Origin: a virus
IMG/VR virus record: IMGVR_UViG_3300027969_000044
Location: 64,001 to 128,000 of that record
Length of the DNA stretch: 64,000 nucleotides
Strand: one strand, 5' to 3'
The position numbers and the translations under genes are program-made. Below the pieces are notes generated by a model. It was not told where the DNA came from and made no database searches. It saw only the letters and a list, made by a program, of their open reading frames with translations. Positions 17,799 to 27,153 of the stretch are shown piece after piece (position 1 is the stretch's first letter; every line of letters begins with the position of its first letter).

Positions 17799-19261
17799 TA
17801 ACCGTAATTTCCACTAGTAAAAGACTCCGGAATAGGAGCACCGCCACTAACAAGTTTCCAAACTCCGTTAGCTTTAGTCCAAGAATTCCGTATTTCTTTC
17901 CACTGTGTTCCTACTTTTATATAGTTGCTTGTAATTTGTTTCCAGCTTCCGCCGACTTTAACTTTACCAGAACCTAATTCTGAAAATGTAACGGAGCAGT
18001 ATCCATTAGAACCGTTGAACGGGCCACCTCCCCATCTACCAATTTTACTAAAAGAATATAAGGGATTTATATAATTTGATCCACCATATGCGCCACTACT
18101 TGGAGCATCATCGTAATATATAAATCCTCCGGCAGCACCTCCTACATAACCACCTCCACCTCCGGGAGTACCGCCAATGTCATATCCATTAGACCCGTCT
18201 TGGCCAGCACCATACGTATAGATATCCGGATTTGATCCGGAGCCTGCCTCGCCGGCATCATATCCTGCTCCGCCGGCAGCACCGTGGCCACCTTCTGCGC
18301 CGCCACCGCCGCCGCCTCCGGCAATTACAACAAGGGTGCCGTTTAAAAAAACTGCACTACCACCGCCGCCGCCGCCGGCGCCCGGATATATGTAATTACC
18401 GTCAGGGTATGTATTACCTCCATTGCCACCTCTCAACCAGTATGTATTAGCAGGAGGTTGTGGCTGAAGCCGTGTATGCCAAATAACTGTACCAACTGCT
18501 GCCGCGGCTTTTAATTGGGGAGTTAATCCTGTATCTGGGTCAACTTCAAAATAACCATAATAATAACCCCAGTCGAAGCCGCCACCGTAGTCCACAACCG
18601 GGTCAGTTCCTCGAGCAATCTCAACAGCAAACCCTGCTGGGCCTCCCCAATTAGATACTGCCATTGTAATAAGATGATTTCCCTGTGTAAGGGACATGTC
18701 CGCATATGTACCGTAGACACTTTGAAAGTCACTTGTATTGATAATATTACTACCATCAACATACAAATTCATCCAGTTATCGCATTCTGCTCGAATACGA
18801 TATGTTCCGGTTTCAGGAACATAAAATGTTCTAGTAACTGTAGATGTTGCGTTAACAGGATTTACTCCGTCCGGGTTTACCCAAACAGCATAATCATTCA
18901 TAAACTGAGACCATGCCCAACTTAAGGTAACTGGCCAAACTTGTCCTGAACCTATGCCGGATGTAAAATCACCGATCTTCGGTCCTCTACCTCCAGGGCC
19001 GCCGTAAAAATTATACCCACCTCGTTGGCCACCTTCACCTAGATATACTTCTAATGTGTCTCCGGCTTTTACAGGAATACTACCTTTAAGGATAGCACCA
19101 TATCCTCCACCGCCGCCCCCTGCGTAATAGGCCTGGCCACCTTGGCCACCGCCAGCACCTGCTAATTCAATATCAACGGTAGGGGTATATCCATTAGGTA
19201 TTGTCAAGGTATAGTACCCTGCCGACCAACCTAGAGTTTTAACAACTTGGCGTGTTGACAT
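17798..19261 (-). CDS. Glycine-rich adhesin-like protein with a PA14-like insert
   Basis: Multiple poly-Gly runs; YRIRAECDNWMNLYVDG...GNHLI PA14-like strand pattern; C-terminal K.GG.WK repeats. Confidence 0.65.
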   Translation of the reverse strand: MSTRQVVKTLGWSAGYYTLTIPNGYTPTVDIELAGAGGGQGGQAYYAGGGGGGYGAILKGSIPVKAGDTLEVYLGEGGQRGGYNFYGGPGGRGPKIGDFTSGIGSGQVWPVTLSWAWSQFMNDYAVWVNPDGVNPVNATSTVTRTFYVPETGTYRIRAECDNWMNLYVDGSNIINTSDFQSVYGTYADMSLTQGNHLITMAVSNWGGPAGFAVEIARGTDPVVDYGGGFDWGYYYGYFEVDPDTGLTPQLKAAAAVGTVIWHTRLQPQPPANTYWLRGGNGGNTYPDGNYIYPGAGGGGGGSAVFLNGTLVVIAGGGGGGGAEGGHGAAGGAGYDAGEAGSGSNPDIYTYGAGQDGSNGYDIGGTPGGGGGYVGGAAGGFIYYDDAPSSGAYGGSNYINPLYSFSKIGRWGGGPFNGSNGYCSVTFSELGSGKVKVGGSWKQITSNYIKVGTQWKEIRNSWTKANGVWKLVSGGAPIPESFTSGNYG

Positions 19262-21394
19262 TTATGCTTCCCTCTGGAACCAGAAATCGCCGTCAACTCC
19301 TTGATCGTTTGTCGGAGCACTTGTACTAATAAATTTATTAGAACCATTCCATAAAACAGAATTATCTGCTACTCCGTGTAATGCGTTACATCCAATATCA
19401 CCATTAACATCCAAGGCGTACCTAGGAGATTGTGTTTTAACACCGACACCCCCTACAGCATTTAGATATAGACTATCTTGTATTGCGCCACTCGGATCAT
19501 TAGCAACTCCAATTTCTAATACAGTTTTTTCTCCAGATACAGCATAATAGCTCATCCATGCTGTATCTCCGCTGCCGCCGCCGGGATCATTAGGGAATCT
19601 AATACCATTGCTTGCGCCAGCAGATGGATAGAATTTTACTGCCGATGCTGAAGTAGCGGAAACATCAGTAGTAGATACCGTTGTAGCATATACGTCGCCT
19701 GTTAAAGTACCAGTTACATTACCTGTTACTCTTCCAGTAAACACAGCGTCTGTGCCGGCGCCGTTATCAAGAATTCTAGTACCATTAGACGCAATTATGT
19801 CGCCTGTTAAGTTACCCACTACGTTACCAACAACAGGTCCTGTATGTGTTCCGGCTGTGTTGCCTACAAGATTACCTGTTACGTTACCTGTTACAGCACC
19901 TACAACAGGTCCTGTATGTGTACCGACTGTATTACCTGTTACATTCCCCGAAATATTACCTGTAATATTACCTACAACAGGTCCTGTATGTGTACCGGCT
20001 GTGTTGCCTACAAGATTACCTGTTACGTTACCCACTACAGGTCCTGTATGTGTACCAGATGTATTACCTGTAATGTTACCGGTAACATCTCCAGTAACTG
20101 CTCCCCTTAGAGGACCTAAAAATTCTGTTGCTTTAATCTGTCCTGTACCTGTACGTTTAGCAATAGTATTAATTGTGGCATTTTCATCTGGTAAGAAAGT
20201 ATTTCCGTTCCCGTCAATTAATGCTGTAGCTTGCCATGTACTTCCACTACCTAATAGCCATTGTCCTTGAATTGTTCCTACAGCAGGTACGCTTCCAGAT
20301 GTTAAAAAAATTGTACTAAGATATCGTGAAGTTAATTTACTGTTTGTAGTTAATCTCCAATCACCCTCTAGTGTTCCTATATTAGTTTCGTTACCTGATG
20401 ATACTTGATATGTAAAAAAGTTTTTCCACCTTGAAGCAGTTGACCCTAAGATAACATTGTTATCGTTAAATGGTCTTACTTTACTATTTGTACCAACAAC
20501 AATATCGCCTAAGAATTCTAATTCTTTTAAGGCAGATCCTGATGTAACAGCATTAGTGTATACAGCATCAAACGGTTGTAAATTACTACCAACTGTAGTA
20601 TTAACACTATACGGAACTAGACTAGTTCCGTTTACAATAACATTGTTGACTCCAGAATTTAAAACTAAGTTGCCATTTGAATCAGATGCAACAGAGCTGT
20701 TAGATCCTAGTTTAATACCGCTTGAAAAATTCCATTGAGTATTAATTGTTTCAGCATTAGTACGACTAGGAATATCAAGTCCTCTAATTGACGCACCGTC
20801 TTTTAAAGTTAATCCCCTAACTAAGCTAGTAAATCCTGAAGCAAATTCTGCCTCATTACCACCTATAGAAAATGCATCTTTTGAATATATGCCCAGTACA
20901 TCGTTGTCAACTGAGATGTTGATTACAGCATGAGCAGTATCATTAATGTCTTTAATACTTTTAGAAACTAATTTAGTAACACCAAATCCGGTTGTAACTT
21001 CTGGGCCAACTAAAATAAATTCCTCAGCAGTTGCTGAAGTTTTAACCCATATTTGTTTATTAGCAGAATCAAACCAAAAATCACCTAACTTTAAATTAGT
21101 AGGCTGTGTTGCTGATGTTTGAGAAACTGCTAACCCTCTCCATATGGTCCCGTCATAAACTTTTAAACTATTTGCGCTTTTATCAAACCAAGTTTGCCCG
21201 ATCATTTTATGTTCTGGGGCAGTAGTACTGGCAAAATTTTCTAGTAGATAAAGAAAGTTTTCATTTTGCCTAGTTCCATAACTTGTAACATTCTTACCAA
21301 TAAGAAACAGACTAGTTGATACCTGATCGTCTACTGATCCATCGGCAATAGTTACTAGACTTGTTCCATCATAGGTCTTTAAACTGTATGGCAT
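19262..21394 (-). CDS. Tail-fibre protein, paralog 3, with G(N/D)VT repeats
   Basis: Shared N-terminal domain; GNVTGNLVG repeats; C-terminal STSAP...GVDGDFWF. Confidence 0.75.
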   Translation of the reverse strand: MPYSLKTYDGTSLVTIADGSVDDQVSTSLFLIGKNVTSYGTRQNENFLYLLENFASTTAPEHKMIGQTWFDKSANSLKVYDGTIWRGLAVSQTSATQPTNLKLGDFWFDSANKQIWVKTSATAEEFILVGPEVTTGFGVTKLVSKSIKDINDTAHAVINISVDNDVLGIYSKDAFSIGGNEAEFASGFTSLVRGLTLKDGASIRGLDIPSRTNAETINTQWNFSSGIKLGSNSSVASDSNGNLVLNSGVNNVIVNGTSLVPYSVNTTVGSNLQPFDAVYTNAVTSGSALKELEFLGDIVVGTNSKVRPFNDNNVILGSTASRWKNFFTYQVSSGNETNIGTLEGDWRLTTNSKLTSRYLSTIFLTSGSVPAVGTIQGQWLLGSGSTWQATALIDGNGNTFLPDENATINTIAKRTGTGQIKATEFLGPLRGAVTGDVTGNITGNTSGTHTGPVVGNVTGNLVGNTAGTHTGPVVGNITGNISGNVTGNTVGTHTGPVVGAVTGNVTGNLVGNTAGTHTGPVVGNVVGNLTGDIIASNGTRILDNGAGTDAVFTGRVTGNVTGTLTGDVYATTVSTTDVSATSASAVKFYPSAGASNGIRFPNDPGGGSGDTAWMSYYAVSGEKTVLEIGVANDPSGAIQDSLYLNAVGGVGVKTQSPRYALDVNGDIGCNALHGVADNSVLWNGSNKFISTSAPTNDQGVDGDFWFQREA
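19800..20110 (-). repeat. Coding tandem repeats (GTHTGPVV x4 among GNVT tetrads)
   Basis: acaggtcctgtatgtgt at 19833, 19905, 19977 and 20037 (spacing 72, 72, 60). Confidence 0.9.
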
Positions 21395-21420
21395 AATTAA
21401 TTCTTTCCTTTATATTAAGT

Positions 21421-23670
21421 TCACAGGTCTTTAATATAGACCCAACCTTTAAATCCCGGTACCATTGTAAACGTTATTACTCCGGCATTGCTAGGTATTC
21501 CATTTGGACCATAGCTAGTAACAAGTGTGTTTGTACTTAAAATTTCAGTTACAATCTGTCCCTGAGAATAGCCGTTACCGCTTATTACGGCTCCTGCTCC
21601 AATTCCTGCTGTGCTGTCAATGACTAAAGAGGTGCCTGTATGAATAACATATTGAGCAGTCTCTGTAACATTAATCGATCCGTCATTTGAAATAACTTGG
21701 AACAATTTACTGGTATAATTACATGTCGGTAACGGACCAGTGACTGTTACTAGGCCAGCAACGTCAGTTACTATAGTAGTTGCTGTATTAAATGATGTTG
21801 TAATACTTGTAACTGTATTTGTGCTTGTTACAGTATACGAATAAGGAATTTTATTTTCGCTTAGGTCTAATATAAATGTAGCACTAGACGCAACGTATGT
21901 AGAACATAAAACTGCGGCTCGTGTTCCTGGAGGCTGAGCATAGTATTTTACATCGCCGCCGTCTACTGGCAATAGAATATCTAAATAATTTTTAACTGAC
22001 GCATTGACATTAGTAAATCCAGTTACATCCATAGACAATGCATGTGTCTTACGACCATAATCGCCCAGAGCACTTGCTAGAGCGTTATCTACATATCGTT
22101 TATTAACTGCACGTTTATTTTCAACATCGTTTTGATCAGTAATGTATCCAAGATTTGGTTCAGCAACATTAAACAGACCGCTATTATTAAAACTGATATA
22201 CTTATTGTATCCGCCAAGACTGCCCGGCTCGATATAAAGCGGTCCAGTTGATTTAATTGTGCCAGTTGTTAGTATTAACTGACTTGCAGCGTGTGTACTA
22301 TCGGACCAAGATATATCACCAATAGTTAACAAATCTAAACCAGATATGCCGGGACTACCAATAGTTCTCAAATACGGAGCGTATAAGACAGCATTACCTA
22401 ATGCGCCGTCTGTTCCTAATACTTTGTTATCGCCTAAATAAATGTCTGCGCCAACTTTTAATCCGTCGTTAGTGGTCCATCTGCCCGATGCTAGTGTTCC
22501 TTGATATAACAAGTAATGGTTTGTACTTCCGGGGTTATCAATTAAAATACCCGAGCCGTTAATACCAGAATCAGTTGCCGGTTGCCCTGTTCCAATTAAA
22601 ATTTGTTTTCCGTTTGCTCTAATTACATCAACTTCAATGTAATTTGTTGATCCCTTAACATTTAAATCTCCGTAGATATCAACGTCTTTATGTATCTCAA
22701 CTTTATTAGAAGCCACGGTTGCTGTAAATAACCCAAGTCCATTGTTAACACTATCAATCATGATAGCATTCTTTTGAGTTTGAGTTACGCCGGTCTGTGT
22801 AGTGTATCGAATAAATGTTTTTGCGCCGGCATCAGTGTTTAATAAAATTGTATCATTTGAAGGAGAGTAAATTCTAAATACTGTACCAGTACCGCCAGTT
22901 ACTAACCCAGGGCCAATACCAAGACCTTCAGGATTGTATATTTCCACGGATCCGTAAGTATATTCCATTTGATAATCAGAACTTGTTGTAAGATACTTTT
23001 TAAATACCTGATCAGCAGAGAATCCAGATAAACTATCAGCACTTGTAGCAGTTCCGTAGAATTTTGTTCCACTAATTGTTGACGCTAGTGTAAATCCTTT
23101 TCTAATTGTACTTGTAGAAGAAATATGTAACGGATTTGATGCTATGTTTAAAGGAATTTCAATATCGCTTGCCCAACCAATTAATACACCATTTGTATAA
23201 AAATTAATAATGGGGCGTAGCGTATTGGTAGAACTTTCTACTACAGTTTCTACAATCGCTCCAGTCTTTCCGTCAAAGTCACTATAAGGTTTAGCTAGAT
23301 CAACTAATGAAACTCCGTTATAATACCATAACTTTTGGGCAGAAGTATCAAACCAAAATTCTCCACCAATTAGTGTAGATGGCTGTGTTGCACTGATAAC
23401 TGGACTGCCTACCGGTTTCCATAAATTATTAGAATAAACTTTCAATTGCCCTTGAGCGGTGTCATACCATAACTGTCCAGATAGTGGACTAGGCGGAGCA
23501 GTTCGTTTGGCAAAATTTTCTAATAGGTGAACAAAATTATTATTAATTGATTCACCGTAGGCATTAGAATTCTTACCGACTAATGTTAAACTTGTTGAAA
23601 TACTATCAGCAGACTGATCTGCTAATAGTGCTAACACTCTACCGTTACTATATTTGATTGTATATGCCAT
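21421..23670 (-). CDS. Baseplate/tail-fibre protein, paralog 2
   Basis: Shared N-terminal domain; AVNKRYVD fibre motif. Confidence 0.7.
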   Translation of the reverse strand: MAYTIKYSNGRVLALLADQSADSISTSLTLVGKNSNAYGESINNNFVHLLENFAKRTAPPSPLSGQLWYDTAQGQLKVYSNNLWKPVGSPVISATQPSTLIGGEFWFDTSAQKLWYYNGVSLVDLAKPYSDFDGKTGAIVETVVESSTNTLRPIINFYTNGVLIGWASDIEIPLNIASNPLHISSTSTIRKGFTLASTISGTKFYGTATSADSLSGFSADQVFKKYLTTSSDYQMEYTYGSVEIYNPEGLGIGPGLVTGGTGTVFRIYSPSNDTILLNTDAGAKTFIRYTTQTGVTQTQKNAIMIDSVNNGLGLFTATVASNKVEIHKDVDIYGDLNVKGSTNYIEVDVIRANGKQILIGTGQPATDSGINGSGILIDNPGSTNHYLLYQGTLASGRWTTNDGLKVGADIYLGDNKVLGTDGALGNAVLYAPYLRTIGSPGISGLDLLTIGDISWSDSTHAASQLILTTGTIKSTGPLYIEPGSLGGYNKYISFNNSGLFNVAEPNLGYITDQNDVENKRAVNKRYVDNALASALGDYGRKTHALSMDVTGFTNVNASVKNYLDILLPVDGGDVKYYAQPPGTRAAVLCSTYVASSATFILDLSENKIPYSYTVTSTNTVTSITTSFNTATTIVTDVAGLVTVTGPLPTCNYTSKLFQVISNDGSINVTETAQYVIHTGTSLVIDSTAGIGAGAVISGNGYSQGQIVTEILSTNTLVTSYGPNGIPSNAGVITFTMVPGFKGWVYIKDL

Positions 23671-23674
23671 AGTC

Positions 23675-26470
23675 TTATGTCTTTATAATGTAATTCAATG
23701 CGTGAAAATGTAACGCGGTATTTGATGCCGCATTAGTTGAAGTGCTATAAGCAAATCCTGTGCTACCACTAGCATTTATTTGACCAGTTATAGGTCCTGT
23801 AGATCCTAACGCATATGATTGAGCATACTCAGCGTGTACATTTGAAGTCCTGCCTACCCCAGAATTACTTGGTGCTGCCGGTACTAATGCCGCTTGACCG
23901 TTAACTGTTTCAGCATTGGTCATGTTGTCATATCCCATAATAACTCTAGATCTTAAATCTGGAAGTCTAAACTGACTTGTAACTGAGCCCTTTCCGTATA
24001 CGTATTTGATAGCATTGAATAAGTTTGGAAAATATCCTGCGTCAACTAATGATCCGTCACATAACAACCAACCTTGCGGTGTATTGTCTACAGGGCCTGC
24101 ATAAGGCATAACAGCACCAGTTGGAACTTTGTATTCTGCTAGATCTTTTAATAGGTCATTTTTAGTTGTTTTTCTCAAGGCACCAGTAGCAGTTTGAGAC
24201 ATTAAGAATGTATCATTATCAGCTACTGTGGTTGCTGAAGCCTGACCAGCTACTGCGGAATTTGTAAGACTAGCTGTGAATGTTTTTAACCCTGCTTCAC
24301 CTGCGTAAACAAAACCTGCGGCAGATACTTGACCGGTAATACTCCAAGTTGAACTGTTTGTTAATCTTGTAGCTCCACCAGTTAAATTTCCAACAAAAGT
24401 GTTTTCTAATTTTGTACCACCTTGATATGTTACGCCAGTAACGCTTCTACTTGCGTTTAAAGATATAGGTGTGTTCAATTGAACATTAGCTTGAGAATCA
24501 GATACCGCAATAGTATTGATATCATAAACTCTTAAAATATAATAAATTACATTACTTCCTAATCCTAGAGCATTTGGGCCTCCCGCATTATATGTTACAC
24601 CATTAGGACCAGGAATATTAATACTTGATCCCAACGCTAATATAGTGCCATTATATGATGCGCTAATAGTAATCTTTGGAAGAGCAGGGTCAATAGATTT
24701 AATATAGTAAGTTGTACCCGAAACTAATCCGCCGAGTACACTACCTATGGCAGCGGTGTAGCTACCAGATCCTGCTGTTAATGTTAACGATGACGATCCC
24801 GGAGTAGCAGACACCGTTACACAATTGCCTGTTTGAATACTTTGAATATAATATGTCTGTCCGCCAACTAGCCCACCGATACTATTACTCGGAACAATAC
24901 TCATTCCAATGGCAAATCCAGTAGTATCGCCAAGTTGAACATAATTTGGTCTACCAGCATCTGTTGATGCAAAAGTTTGAATTAATGTTGTGCTTGAAGA
25001 ACTAAATGTAAATTTAATAGGCATTCCAACCGATAACCCAACTTTAGAACTTAAAGAGATTGTGTTAACAGCCGGGGGAGTTGTTTGAGTTACTATTCCA
25101 GTAACCGAAGTATGACTAAAAATAATAGGATCGCCTGAAGATAGCCCTCCTGCGTTGCTAATAGTTAATCTACCTGATGAATCTGTTCCTGTTACTGACC
25201 CTGGTACAATTGGAGGTCCGGCAAATACCTTGGAATATACTATCCCAAAAGGATTAGTTTCAGAACCAATGTTTGGGGCGTTATTACCTGTCCCAACGGG
25301 TAAAATTCCCGGAGTACTAATTGGCCAATCCTGTGTTCCAATATACATTGTATTAACAAATGTGCTTGTACTAAATGTACTAGACCCAGATGATACAATG
25401 TTTTTAAAGTAAGAAATACCTTTAGTTACATTAAGGGCAACAGTCGAAGAAGTAATAGTTAAAGAGTTTGCTACTTTAACACTTCCATTTACATCTAATT
25501 CTGCTTTAGGATTCTCGGTTGATTTTAAATTAATACCAACACCAGACGACGCTCCGTCAATTGTTAGTACGTTAACAGGAAGACTTCCGTTACTTTCTAA
25601 TGTAGTTGTTTGGAATACAAACTTACCACCCGGAATAGGATTTTGTAAATTGGCCTGATATCCGTTATCAGCCATGTTCATAATCCACGGAGTAGTTGTT
25701 CCGTTACTAGATGCCTTGCCTACTGCTAGTTCCTTAATATACAATCTAGCATTAATTGTACTATCGCCAGTAGTCTTTACTAAACTATCTCCAGTAATTG
25801 TTGTACCGTCTGCTAAATTTAAAGCGTCTGCTGTAGTAGCTGTAGCATTTAATTTTCCGTTATAGGTTGAACTAAGGTTGACTCCAGGATGAAGGCCGTC
25901 AGCAAATCCACTTATAGGAGGTTGAGGATAAAATGTATCACTGGCAATAATTTCTACAACATTGTCATCAATGTAATTTTTAATAACCCTGTGTGTTCCT
26001 CCAAGATTATCTTTAATTTCGTCAGCATAGCTACCAGTTTTAAGAACATTACTATATGTCGGGCCTACTAAGGTCCAACCGCTTAATGTTCTAATGTACA
26101 ATTGAGCGTTAGCTGTGTTAACCCAAATGTCGCCGCGTTCGGGAGTTTCAGGAGGACTGTCTTGTTGCCAAACACCATTAATAGGTTTCCATACGGTACT
26201 GTCAAATACTTTTAATTTTTTTCCAGTAAGTGTATCGTTAGAACTATCATACCACAACTGGCCTTCGGTAGGATGAAGTGGAGGAGATATGTTGGCAAAA
26301 TTTTCTAATAGGTATAAAAAGTCTTGGTTAACAGAAATACCAAAACTTGGAGCACCCTTACCAATAAAGGTTAAACTTGTATCAGTGTCATTAGTTTTGC
26401 CGTCACGAACAATAATTGCTTCGCTAAGTTTGGCAACATTATATTTGTAAAGGGTGATATAATCGGCCAT
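23675..26470 (-). CDS. Tail-fibre protein, paralog 1, with a tail-collar domain
   Basis: PTGAVMPYAG...GWLLCDGS...LFNAI...FRLPDLRSR collar motif; ends ALNYIIK. Confidence 0.8.
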   Translation of the reverse strand: MADYITLYKYNVAKLSEAIIVRDGKTNDTDTSLTFIGKGAPSFGISVNQDFLYLLENFANISPPLHPTEGQLWYDSSNDTLTGKKLKVFDSTVWKPINGVWQQDSPPETPERGDIWVNTANAQLYIRTLSGWTLVGPTYSNVLKTGSYADEIKDNLGGTHRVIKNYIDDNVVEIIASDTFYPQPPISGFADGLHPGVNLSSTYNGKLNATATTADALNLADGTTITGDSLVKTTGDSTINARLYIKELAVGKASSNGTTTPWIMNMADNGYQANLQNPIPGGKFVFQTTTLESNGSLPVNVLTIDGASSGVGINLKSTENPKAELDVNGSVKVANSLTITSSTVALNVTKGISYFKNIVSSGSSTFSTSTFVNTMYIGTQDWPISTPGILPVGTGNNAPNIGSETNPFGIVYSKVFAGPPIVPGSVTGTDSSGRLTISNAGGLSSGDPIIFSHTSVTGIVTQTTPPAVNTISLSSKVGLSVGMPIKFTFSSSSTTLIQTFASTDAGRPNYVQLGDTTGFAIGMSIVPSNSIGGLVGGQTYYIQSIQTGNCVTVSATPGSSSLTLTAGSGSYTAAIGSVLGGLVSGTTYYIKSIDPALPKITISASYNGTILALGSSINIPGPNGVTYNAGGPNALGLGSNVIYYILRVYDINTIAVSDSQANVQLNTPISLNASRSVTGVTYQGGTKLENTFVGNLTGGATRLTNSSTWSITGQVSAAGFVYAGEAGLKTFTASLTNSAVAGQASATTVADNDTFLMSQTATGALRKTTKNDLLKDLAEYKVPTGAVMPYAGPVDNTPQGWLLCDGSLVDAGYFPNLFNAIKYVYGKGSVTSQFRLPDLRSRVIMGYDNMTNAETVNGQAALVPAAPSNSGVGRTSNVHAEYAQSYALGSTGPITGQINASGSTGFAYSTSTNAASNTALHFHALNYIIKT

Positions 26471-26471
26471 C

Positions 26472-27131
26472 TTATGCTCCTACTCCGCTAATACTTTGAA
26501 TACGGATTGTGTAGTCAATTTGAATTAAACGATTTAATGATTTTTGAACAGGGTGAAAGATAACATGAGTTAATAACGGCCCCGAGTTTGCTCCATCAGT
26601 ACTATAAGCCTTCAAACCCAATTCATCAAAAATAAAATCATTTGATAAGTTTGTACCTGTATCAAACGCCAATTGTCCGCTTGGTTCACCGAAATCTAAC
26701 AGACAACTAACTAATAGGTCACTATAAGTGGCTCCCGATACATGACGTGCTTCCATGAAGTTTCGTGTCGGATCCAGGTCTAAAACACTGGATGCATCGA
26801 CGTTTTTGTAGTAAGTTTGATTATAAAGTTGACTATTTTGCCCCAGGGTGTTAGGAGTTAGATAAGTGATAATCCCAGTGGGATCAATACGACTTCCACC
26901 GTTTCCAAAAACCATTTCAGTAATAAAGCCACTGCCAAGATTACCAATACTTCTTACCAAAGCAAGGCTAAAGTTTTCATAATGAATAGCATTACGCTTG
27001 TCGACATAGACGTGCTTAGTTTCGGGATCAAAAATCTTGATGTGACCCTGTAGTTTTACGGCTCCGGATTCATTTAAATCCGAGCTAGGTTGAGGTTGTT
27101 GTACTGGCATTTTGTTCTCATCATTAGTCAT
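26472..27131 (-). CDS. Virion structural protein (baseplate/fibre-associated)
   Basis: Start MTNDENK at 27131, just after a late box; FDELGL...LLTHVIFHPVQKS...IDYTIRI. Confidence 0.65.
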   Translation of the reverse strand: MTNDENKMPVQQPQPSSDLNESGAVKLQGHIKIFDPETKHVYVDKRNAIHYENFSLALVRSIGNLGSGFITEMVFGNGGSRIDPTGIITYLTPNTLGQNSQLYNQTYYKNVDASSVLDLDPTRNFMEARHVSGATYSDLLVSCLLDFGEPSGQLAFDTGTNLSNDFIFDELGLKAYSTDGANSGPLLTHVIFHPVQKSLNRLIQIDYTIRIQSISGVGA

Positions 27132-27136
27132 AGTGC

Positions 27137-27143
27137 TATTTAT
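27137..27143 (-). promoter_or_regulatory. Late promoter, probably giving a leaderless mRNA
   Basis: ATAAATA, 5 nt, ATG. Confidence 0.55.
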
Positions 27144-27153
27144 TCTTATAAAA

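Noticed and set aside
19800-20110. Regularly spaced direct repeats resembling a CRISPR array
   Set aside because: Spacing is a multiple of 3, the spacers are similar to each other, the repeats lie inside a fibre ORF, and there are no cas genes
19752-20270. + strand 172-aa ORF and the many other short antisense or alternate-frame ORFs in the track (e.g. 49767, 50574, 62566, 63334)
   Set aside because: Shadows of real genes or of coding repeats; no ribosome sites or motifs
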